A stretch of DNA of 62,666 nt, counting the filler, from Sphacelaria rigidula (lineage: Eukaryota): NCBI GenBank assembly GCA_964200075.2. It is 9 parts of 9 records of this genome, joined end to end, with 100 filler letters (N's around TTAATTAATTAA, not from the genome) between each part and the next. Parts side by side here need not be neighbours in the genome. Positions count along the whole stretch, not along the records: positions 48,819 to 55,692 come from CAXNAA020017641.1; positions 55,793 to 62,666 come from CAXNAA020017642.1; 7 more parts are not named here. The stretch is one strand, 5' to 3'. Both the position numbers and the translations under genes were made by a program. How positions within the stretch are numbered: position 1 is the stretch's first letter; each line of letters starts with the position of its first letter. Below are positions 52,906 to 62,666 of this stretch, one piece after another. A model generated the notes under the pieces. The model ran no database searches and was not told the DNA's origin. It saw nothing but the letters and a program-made list of their open reading frames with translations.

Positions 52906-54131
52906 TATCCGGGACTTTCAGCGACACTCCTCGTTTGCAGCTAAAAAACACCCCTTTAAAATATTCGTGAAGGGGTAGGAGTCACGCCGCCTTTTTTCGC
53001 AGGCGAGGATGCTCACTGTTTGAACCGCCGGCGTTTCATGTTTCATGGCTCGAGGTTTTGATAGTACTCCTATTGTAGTGCTGCTACTGCAACGTCGAAA
53101 TGCAAATATAGTGAAGAAAGACTGTGCACCGAGCGAGCGTTTTCAAAACGAGAGCACAAAATTGCCATCATCTGATGATAAACAGAAAGATCGTCACTCA
53201 CTCAGCAATAATATGAGATACAGTACGTCCGCCTCCGCCGATCCATCGAACCCTGAACTGCCAGCTCCTCCGTGATAATTGTTGGTGGATGCCATCGTTG
53301 TCGCTTGTTTTTGTACTGCATTACGGAGGGCAGTGGGGGGGGATTTATTTTGTTTGTGCAGGACTAGAAAACATGGTACTACTTGACCGTTGCAACCCTT
53401 TCATTGACCACGGCGAACTTGCTGCATGGGAAGCAACACGCGCCCATCTCCGTACAAGCAGCTACAGTAGTAGATGTACAGTAGTATCTATGCGTCGGTC
53501 AGTTCAATCCGGGCGGAGCACCACAACATGGATCACTGATTAGCACGGGAAGGTGTCGTTGCAGAAATACCGGTACCGTCGCCCTCGTGGCAAGATCGTG
53601 CATCTTCATGACGGCTTTGGAATGTTTTCCACAGGGTTTAATGGACCACGTCGTCGTGAACCGAGACGGACATGGCTGAAGATGCTGGTATGTGCGGGTT
53701 GTGCACGTACATGTGCAGACGGCAGGCGTAAGTTGCCGGCGATTGTCCACGATTGACAGCACACCCGCGCTTGCAATTTCACGCCGACATAGGCGACGAC
53801 TGGCTCTGTGTGTATTAGTTACACTACACCCTCCTTCCCCGCCACACCGAACGGCGCTGGTACCGATGTATCCCTTTTTCATTCATAGATACACTGCACT
53901 CACCGGGGGACAGGCTTTGAGATGGAGATCGATGAGTTGTGAACAAATGTGCGGGGGGGCGAGCATACAACCCACACCTCGTTTTTGCTCTGATTTCGGA
54001 GGGTGCATCAACCAATCAATCAGCGGTCATGCCCTGCATGTTTTGACGAGGAGACTGTACCTGCCATTCCCGGCAGACAGCTATACTTTCATAGTAAAAC
54101 ATAGACATTTCGATTGACTGGCACACTCTCA

Positions 54132-54202
54132 GCTAGCCTGTGACCACGGAAGGCGTCCGCATAAGATGCCCAGTACCAATGTACCGCGCAGATATCGGAA
54201 CG
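54132..54202. repeat. Dispersed ~70-bp repeat; copies at ~56258-56328 and, reversed, ~10600-10658
   Basis: gctagcctgtgacc.cggaaggcgtccgcat.agatgccca.tac.aatgtac.gcgcagatatcggaacg. Confidence 0.75.
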
Positions 54203-54682
54203 GCTTTTAATGTGAAGACAACAACAACAACAACTCTCAACGCGTGGAGTTGACGAGTAAAGCGAAAGAACTGCTGAACGACGAAAACAGAGAATCGACG
54301 GTAGCCGATACGAACAGAAACATACTGACATGCGACGAGCTCGTTGGCAAACATGTATGTATCTATACAGTCTCCTCGCGCCATCGTGACATGAGCATCC
54401 TGTCGGCAGTGGAAGTACTGTAATTCTCCATTTATTTGCACTTGATTTCAGCGTCGTGTTGGAATATCCGCCGCACACAACATGTTGTTCCTCATTCCGA
54501 TCAAAGGGCGAGCAAACAACAAGGGAATTTACAAGTCAAGGACGCCATCTTATTGAAGAGGATGAACCTTGGAAACCTTCAGGAGCATCGAAATGTTCTC
54601 GAAAACAAGGCGCAAATGCACTACCCGGCCGTGATGCGCGGCCTCGCCAACCCAAACAAAAGTATCCCCCCGCAGTTTGCAA

Positions 54683-55194
54683 AGTCTGGTCCGGCGAGAA
54701 CCCGGCGTCCTCCGTCCCGGCTCTGTAGGAGCGGACCCGATGGGGTTAACGCCGGTTGGCGATGACGCTGTACAACACGCAATTCACTGCATAAGCTAGG
54801 CAATCAAGTTACCGACTTTTTTTCTCCGCGCTTGCGCTTTTTGCGGAAACCATGATGGTCGTCGAGCTAGATCATGTTGTGCGGCGTTGGAGAACCTCAA
54901 CTCCGCACAATGAGGATGATCGTACTACGTGGTGTTTACATGGTGAGACACCCATGAGGCAGTATATAAGCTGTTGCTGTCTCTGGAAGTGGCGATAACA
55001 ATCAAGCAAGTCATTGCAGGCTGTCATCCAAATGCAAGATAATCAGTAGGTTTCGGGACGAATAATCTTAGCATGTAGGTCACCCTTCATGCGACTCGCC
55101 GAACACACCACGACGCTTCGCGCTTGGTGATTGAGAGCAAGCCTGGTCCGGCGAAAACCCGGCGTGCTCCGTTCCGGCTTTGTAAGGATGCGAG
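54683..55194. mobile_element. Second full copy (reverse) of the direct-repeat-bounded element
   Basis: agtctggtccggcgagaacccggcgtcctccgtcccggctctgtagga and agcctggtccggcgaaaacccggcgtgctccgttccggctttgtaagga. Confidence 0.82.
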
Positions 55195-55792
55195 TTCAAC
55201 GGTAATATGATTATATGGCATGCATGATCATGAGTACACCTTCACTCCCTTTCCCTCGACGACCCTGACGTCGAATTTTGTGCAGCCACGAAATCGTCGC
55301 TCTCCACTGTTGTTGGACATGACATGAGAAAAAAAAGCAGACCGTGTGACTTCACCGAGATACGTACTCTCGTCCCAACCATCACGAGGTTTCAATGTGG
55401 GTTCAGGTATTTTGTGATGAATGATACTCGAAAACACCGCGATCGCCATTTTTCTTGGTATGTGTATACGTCTGTCTTGGTTGGGTGGTAACACTCAAGA
55501 CGGCCAGAAGCTACAGCAGCAGCAACAACAACTGGACAACGGAATCAGCATCCTTCGTGTAGTGGCTCTCGGTGTGCCAACATAAACAACTACTCTGTGA
55601 ATCACCGCCCCCCCCCCCCCCCCCCCGCACCCCAGCGGGAGCGACAGCGCCCACAAGGCGGGCGCAGACCGAGGCAGCGCACCCGGAACGCCNNNNNNNN
55701 NNNNNNNNNNNNNNNNNNNNNNNNNNNNNNNNNNNNTTAATTAATTAANNNNNNNNNNNNNNNNNNNNNNNNNNNNNNNNNNNNNNNNNNNN

Positions 55793-56152
55793 CCCCGGTG
55801 GCTCAGTTAATAAGCTCGTAACCTTCTGATGGTTGAGTAGGGGGGTTCGATTTCCGAAGTGACCTGGAATCTTTTTTCACACCATGCTCAACAGTGGAGA
55901 GCGAGCATGTCGTGGGTACACAAAAATCGACTTAACGGTTGACGAGGGAAAGGGACTGCTGAACCTCTCTCGCGATAAAAAATAAAGGCAAGCACCGCAG
56001 AAGGAAGGTGGGGTATTAGAAGCAAACCAAAAAAAAGAAAGCTCCTGTGTTGACCTTCCTCCTGTGTGACCCCGGCTGATGATGCGCCCACATATACCGA
56101 AAGGTGTAGACTGGTGCCCAGAATAAATGGGACGGCAACACACAACACACAC
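55793..56152 (+). mobile_element. tRNA-derived SINE family 1
   Basis: ccccggtggctcagtt...ggttcgatttcc head; shared body; tail ataccgaaaggtgtagactgg...gggacggcaacacacaacacac. Confidence 0.85.
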
Positions 56153-58775
56153 AGTATTATTCATCCCTGTTTTGCCTGTGTCGCGTTTTGTGCGTTTTAA
56201 TCTAGATCTATTTTGCTTTTTGGTTTTGTTTGATTTCCCCATACCTTATTATAGGTAGCTAGCCTGTGACCGCGGAAGGCGTCCGCATCAGATGCCCATT
56301 ACGAATGTACTGCGCAGATATCGGAACGTCAAGATGGATTGACGACGCCTCGGTACATTATGGACGCACGACGTCAACCATCTGCTTTCAATCCTCCCTT
56401 CTCGGCGATCCGTCTTTTATTCAGCAGCCTTAGCTGCATCATAGCAATATTCTCAAGCGAACGACCATGTGAAGCGTAGGCGTGTGTTCCCTAGATCGAG
56501 GTATTGCATGGTCACAGGCACAGTCCAGAGAAGCACGGAGATTTGGTTTTAAAGTTTGATTGATATATGGGTAGATGATGACCTTGACGTTATTAGATAA
56601 TGGCTAAAACTCAGGCTTACCTAGAGTTCCGGGAGAAGCGGTTTGGTTCGTGGACGGTGCACTTGCTGCCTTCTGGGATAGTGCTCCGAAGCTCTCGCAC
56701 CTATGACTATGCGTGGCCTCATGTCGGTATTACTGACATCACCACTGATATTGCTCGGACTCGCCAATTGTCCACCGAGCGCTCAAGCTTTTCTGGTTCC
56801 TACAGTTCTCAGAAGGTATGCCGGCTTCTCTCAGGGCAAGGACCGGAGGATTTTCTGGTGTTTGTTGCTTGCCCTACGGAAGCAGTGCAACGGGGTGCCG
56901 ATGGATTGACGTATAGCTGGTAGACGGCGTCTTTGTATGAGTGTGACTCGAGCGTCGTCTTGCGTGCCATTATTGCTTGACTTGATTTATAGGCATGCAA
57001 CAGCACAGCAGTTGAGGGTGCCGCTGGCCATGTCGGGGTGAACTGACTCTAAATGGCACTGTCTGTACTGCACTGTACTTACTGTACTGTACGTACCGTC
57101 TGTACTTGTGTACTCTTCAATTTGCTGCACACGATGCTGAAGCACTCCGGTGTCGAGGCACCAAGTTGAGATTGTAGGCAGCTTTGATCCCTCTTTGTTA
57201 TGCTGCGCACTGCTGCAAAACCCCGCCGGTGCCTTTTCAATGTACACGACAGTTTAAGCACTATTGGATTTCTACAGCACAGTAGTACTTGGAGCGCCAG
57301 TACAGCACTTTCGAACATGTGGTTGTACCCTGCCGTTCGAACATCAACTTGCCTTCGACGTAATACGCAACTTGCCGTGGGCGCGCGGGGATGGGGCGGT
57401 GCCGTGGTGTTCTGACCAGGCCGACTGTCGCCTTCAACGAAGCAACAGTCCCACGCAGATGGACAGTAGAAACTTCGATGGAAGGGATTCTGGCGGGTCT
57501 GTCAACCGGGCTGTGCGGAGAGCAGGTGAGTAAACTGACCCGTCTGCATGTATTCGTGAAACGGTCATCGTGTGAGGGTTCGCGAGGGTGTAGATTCTTT
57601 CTTCACGTGACTGGTCTCCTCTCGTCTTGCCCGTTTCGACTACTCGGGAACGGACCCCCCTTTTTTATAGGTTAAGAGCAATGAATGGTGCACATATGTC
57701 ATGGCGGATCAAACATAGCTTACTAAAGAGAGTATCAGCCCACCCAAAAAATCGAGAGCACTGCTACGAGTGAATGGCCAAGGAAACCAAGATGCAAGAG
57801 AGGCCGAGCTCTAGGTTTTCGGGGATTAGTTTGAGTGGAGTACAGTATCCTGCGAGAAATGTAAAAATAATACTGAACCGCCCTTTCTCTGGGGGATGTT
57901 TCTTGCTCCCAACTTAACCAGTGCAATCTTACGCCAAAAGAAAAAACACATTTTTTCAGCACAGAACTTGACCTTTGGTCACCCCGGCACGCACTGCTGC
58001 GTCGCCCCACCTCAGATCCAGCGAGATGTGCTTGTTGTCTGTGGTTGTCAAGAGATGTGGGCGGGGTTTCAGTGCCTTGCAGTGCCTACAGCGCGCGTAC
58101 TGCCGTGTCTCTCAAGCTGAACACCTCTACGGGCAACACGCCGATGCATTCCGCACAGTGTGAGAGAAAATAGACGAGTTACATCTCATATGCATGAACT
58201 CACGGTGCACGATTTTCTGGGCCGCAGGGGAGCCGCTGTAAGGGCTTACCCCCGATTTTGCCGAAATCTAGTATTCGCGTCGTTCGGGCCCCCAACAGAA
58301 CCGGACGTCTCGGCAACAGATGCACTTGCTCTCTGTGATGTGCCCGACTAGTGCTTCAAGTTTCATGGTGGGTCTCTCCGCCGATGTGGACAAATTCACA
58401 TGCAAATATACGATCAAAGTGTGGGAAAAGGCACGAGACAACCGTAGAAAGATGTATCAGGTGTCGTTGCGCCGTCCCACGTACGGAAACGTACTCGCAG
58501 CATATCTGTTCTTCCTCGGCAGCACGGCAGAAGTCGGCAGATTCGCACGAGGATTCAAGACAGCGTGACAGTCAGGGTTTGGTAGATGGCCCTTTGACGC
58601 TTTTTACGGTTGCATTGGTATCGGAAGCATCGTTCGTTGCAAACAAATGTGTCGTGCAGGTTTCAAATGGTGCAACAGTGTGGGTGTGTTGCGATCTTCG
58701 TCGACTCGAGTCATGGGTTAAGACTGTACATTTTTATTCATTTATCGTATGTTTCGCAATCTCGCGGACGTTTAA

Positions 58776-58873
58776 CCCTTGGACCGCAAGATTAGTCTTT
58801 CTTGATCATGCATACTTTTTTTCACTTGAAATTGATGCCGATTCAACAGAAGACTAACCTCGCGGTCTAAGGG
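58776..58873. mobile_element. 98-bp piggyBac-type MITE
   Basis: TTAA|CCCTTGGACCGCAAGATTAGTCTT...AAGACTAACCTCGCGGTCTAAGGG|TTAA; a TTAA duplication with CCC/GGG ends is the piggyBac signature. Confidence 0.88.
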
Positions 58874-59199
58874 TTAAGACTCCCCGATCGAATTCGGCCC
58901 TTTCGTTCTCAGAACAAAGCACCTTGAAGGTTCAGAGAAGCTGATTGTATGTAGATAAGTGTTACCAGCCACGACAGATTGCACGGGTGTGGCCCGTACC
59001 CATAGCCAGGTACTGCGATCTCCGAATTACTACATACAATTTATCCTTGAGGAGGACAAACGAATGCTGCAAGGGACGTGTGTGACAGGCATGGTAGCAA
59101 GAGCACTGCCCCTCTAGGGTATGAAGGTCCGTACTAAGTTCCGAACGTGGTGTTCTGTGAGATGTGCACGGAAGTGGGGGATTTTCTTTTGGCATACAA

Positions 59200-59505
59200 C
59201 AATATTTTCGTAAAATTGAGAGTTTTAGCGGTGGTTGAGAGTGCGTTTTATTATTCGCTGTAAGTTGGTCAATTTTTCATTTTTTTCGTGTGTGCTTTTC
59301 TTTGCCTGTGGCATAGTCGTGTGCCCACAGCTACACTTCGATGTCCTACTCAGGGATATCAAAGGCTTCATTAGCAACCTACTGCAAAAATTGTGTATCG
59401 GGCGTCGTTGAGGGGCATCTCAGACCTTGAGCATTTCATTCACTCATTGGCCGCATCTCTTTGTCGATCACATCCTGGATTCTCAATCTCACGAAAACAT
59501 TATTG
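59200..59505. mobile_element. MITE with CAATATTTTCGT.AGA.TGAGA-type TIRs
   Basis: caatattttcgtaaaattgaga pairs with tctcaatctcacgaaaacattattg; homologous to 11905-12199. Confidence 0.75.
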
Positions 59506-60272
59506 CACTACACCATACTCGCGGATGTGTGTCGAACATTGCAGTGCGGTCCTTACGCGTAGTACGGGGGTGTGCTCCGAACACTCCAGGGATGGCTCCG
59601 AAGGGCATTCGCCGATGAGTACCTTTATTTGACATTTTCTACGATAGTCCCCCCCCCAGAAAAAGTGCCTGGTTTGGGTAGGCGAATCTCCATCGAAATC
59701 GAAATCGAAAAAGTCGAGCACAACGAGCAGCTGGGAATTCCCACGCTTGGGTTCGTTCTCGCCAATGACGCCCATATGAGGCGCTTCATGCAGCCTGAAC
59801 ACAAACATCAGGCGCCGTCTAGGCATTAGCTCCGTAAGCCCGTTAAAAAAAAAAAATAGCATTGTTTTTATTTTTTAATAAGCTTTCTTCCCTTGTTTTA
59901 TGCCCCATCTTAAGTTTTTTTCAGCGAAAATATGCGTACTTTATGCGCCCCATTCGCGTCCTTGTTGTGGCGTTGTGGCAGTATCCCCTCACGAGGCGCA
60001 CCTTCTAGCATGAGGAGAAGACGACAATTTTGGTATTCGAAGTTTTACAAATTGTTTTAAATTGAAAAATAGGACTTTTCTCCGATGATTGAGTTTGAAC
60101 GCCACCCCAAACTACCTATCGAAACAACGTGTCCGCACTACGTACACACATGATACATGACGCAGCAGTGGGTCACTTCAACCTCTGGACACAGGGTATT
60201 GCAGGCTTTGGCCCCTCGCCCGGCAAGCTTCAAGCTACAAGCTAACGCCCCCACCCCCCCGATCATCTACCA

Positions 60273-60630
60273 TCAGTCGACATTTGAAATCGTGTCAAAC
60301 TTCCGGCTGCGGTTGTACTTGAGCATAACCGCGGCTTCGATGCGGTCACCTAACGCCCTCTCCTCGCGGGAGTCCAAAGACCCCCTCAAAAAGGAAAACA
60401 CTCGCTCCATAAATGCGGACAATGGCTGAATAAGTACGATGTCCATCGCCACGTTATACCAAGTGGAAAGCCTTGTTTTGTTATCGTCCTAAAACGACAG
60501 CAAACCGTAATTTGAGTGCGCGCCCGAGGCCGCGACCAAAAAGTCACCCTTCTCGGACAAAAGGCCCGTCATGACCTCGGGGGTCACGAAGGGAAAACAG
60601 CAAGCTGGCGGACCTCCTCCCCGGTGTAGC
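60273..60630 (-). pseudogene. hAT transposase C-terminal dimerisation domain remnant (not in the ORF track)
   Basis: Manual translation: FPFV...LLSF*DDNKTRLSTWYNVAMDIVLIQPLSAFMERVFSFLRGSLDSREERALGDRIEAAVMLKYN; fits the hAT W..P.SA..ERxFS motif; TAG at 60489-60491 sits where Trp is expected. Confidence 0.85.
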
Positions 60631-61031
60631 CTGTACGGTGATTAATATACACGAAGTCGATGAGCTAACGCTGTAGGTTGTACGCTGTTCAATGTACAAT
60701 GGGCCCCATGGCACAGCTTTTGTACAAAGTATTGATTACATTTTTCGATTCAACATGGTATGAAATATATGAAACACAAGCAGAAACATTTTTCGGATCA
60801 GACCCGCAACCATAGCAGTTTGGAGTATTGAAGCCTGTCTTGTGACGAGTGACGAGTCACGCCATAGACCATAGAGAGCACTTTCAGACAGCTGATCCAC
60901 TGGCTGCAGGAGGCGCATGAAAAAATATCGCAATTTTATGCGCATTTCGAGCACATCATAAGCTTTTCAAACATTTTGAGCTCTCTTCAAGCTTTTCGAA
61001 AAAAAGCTTCGAAAAAGAACTTATTTAAGTC

Positions 61032-61495
61032 TACTTTTCATGTATAAAAAAATAAGAGTTGTTGAAAAGTGCATTTTTGACTCTTCTTCGTCGTTTTTCC
61101 CCCGAAAAGAGCGCTAGGCGGCTATTGACACCTCGGAATGACTTGCTCTACTCGCTGAGGCGGTTCCAGAGCACACACGCATTTCCCGTAGATCACGGTT
61201 TCGTTTTCGGCCATACTTGCATTTTCAATAACAAACGGTCAAATTATTTGAAAAATGTAAGTTTTCCCCGTGTTTTTAGATAACCTGACCGTTTGTTATT
61301 GAAGATGCAAGTTTGGCCGAAAACGAAACCGTGACCTACGGGAAATGCATGTGTTCTCTGGAACCGTCTCAGCGAGTAGAGCAAGTCATCCCAAGGTGTC
61401 AACAGCCGCTTAGCCCTCTTTTCGGGGAAAAAACGACGGAGAAGGGCCAAAGATGCACTTTTCAACAACTTTTATTTTTTTATACATAAGAAGTA
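61032..61495. mobile_element. ~464-bp foldback element (arms ~220 bp) nested in the hAT element
   Basis: Long near-perfect inverted repeat; produces the mirror ORFs 61059-61283(+) and 61244-61468(-). Confidence 0.9.
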
Positions 61496-62666
61496 ACCTA
61501 AGCCCGAGAACCCCAAATTAAGCTGAACCTTAAGCGCGCTTACGGAGCTAATGCCTAGCGCTGTATGACCATTTTTCTCGTGACACTTTTGGGCTGGTTT
61601 TGAGAGGGGACTATCGTAGAAACTGTCATTTGTACCTCAGTATGCACCATAATTCAAGTCTATATACCCGAAAGAGTACAGCCTGGCATTTTTCTCGTCG
61701 CGTGTTGGCCTCGGAATGCCTTGTGTCGCGGAAGTATTGCGCGACATGCATCATGCCTGCAGAGTCAAGCCTATGGGATGGGGCGTGGCTCCACGCATCC
61801 CTTGGCGTCGTCTTCATCAACAATATACCCCTCGGGAAAGAAGGCTGCCACTGACGACATGCGTCTTTTTATTTTCTCATGAAATAACTGTTCACTATCT
61901 GCTGCCTTGAGCCCTGCGATTTAGAACCTGTCTCTCCACCATCTCTCCGCGTAGCCCCCTAGCCGTGGCCGTGATCCGAACGAACAGCGAGCACGACACA
62001 AAGCGCCGTCGCCACGATCGGCTGAGCTCCGGTGTCGTTCCATAGCCGGCGATGACGTGTCTGCGACCGCACCGCCAGCAAGAGCGGAGGCCCAGCAAGC
62101 CCCCCATCACCGGCTCCGTCACAAATGCCGCAAGTGTCTACATGCACAAAGCTAACCATAATGTCAACCACAGGCGCCTGATTCATTGACCATGATGAAA
62201 ATGAACACGGGACGCTGTCTGGCGCCATTCCGAGCTTATAAACGTAATACGAGACTCCCTTCCTCATCCGCCCCTGCGGGCACATGAGGGGAAATGTTCC
62301 ACGCAACGGCAACCGTGAGCCGTGATGGCAAACGATGGAATGAGTGTGAGTCGTGGTCAGATCATGTCTCGCGGATGTCACGCAACACGATGCTGCCGAA
62401 ATCGCTCACGTTTCGATCGCTACAAGAGCGTAATTACGAGGGAAGTCCTCCGCAAGGACATGTTGAAACCACTCTACTGTTTGTGTTTTCTGCCCCCTGG
62501 CCAGATCCGTGATTCCATCGAGCTGGCTTTCAACCACCCGCCCGCGCGTTTGGAAACCATATGTCGCCCGTCTCCTTTTCAAAGATTGCCCCCCCACCCC
62601 CGACAACATTACAGAAGCTAACCCTCCTTTTTCTTTAACCTACTGTAACACAGCCCGGACATAGAC

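Larger units (their letters stand above)
59820..61557 (-). mobile_element. Internally deleted hAT transposon inserted in a MITE (host spans 59630-61628)
   Basis: Perfect 20-bp TIRs TAGGCATTAGCTCCGTAAGC; 8-bp TSD GCGCCGTC/GCGCTGTA (6/8 match); hAT C-terminal remnant inside. Confidence 0.9.

Noticed and set aside
61059-61468. Convergent paralogous small genes (MLKSA...); likewise the KEMFVHNGW pair at 27148-27670
   Set aside because: Mirror translations of the two arms of inverted repeats.

Overview
This is not one locus. It is nine separate scaffolds of exactly 6,874 bp each (1-6874, 6975-13848, 13949-20822, 20923-27796, 27897-34770, 34871-41744, 41845-48718, 48819-55692, 55793-62666), joined by eight 100-bp N44-TTAATTAATTAA-N44 linkers. 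The DNA is repeat-rich eukaryotic nuclear sequence with roughly balanced GC, isolated GT-AG exons, tRNA-derived SINEs and microsatellites; a brown alga or related stramenopile is my inference from style only. Recognisable coding sequence is sparse: one JMJD6-type JmjC exon, a KAP-family P-loop NTPase pseudogene, a terminal exon of a single-pass membrane protein, a hAT transposase C-terminal remnant, a probable pogo-type DDE remnant and a degenerate intronless ORF. Most ORFs in the track look spurious. The most interesting signals are non-coding: (i) ~300-bp elements with a conserved core ending in telomere-like TTAGGG repeats but bracketed by different inverted repeats; (ii) a ~711-bp satellite made of a ~270-bp monomer plus a ~444-bp MITE, with the empty site preserved; (iii) a ~500-bp element bounded by ~47-bp direct repeats; (iv) a triple-nested MITE/hAT/foldback insertion with its empty site present on another scaffold. 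No rRNA, intact tRNA or CRISPR array was seen. All alignments were done by eye.
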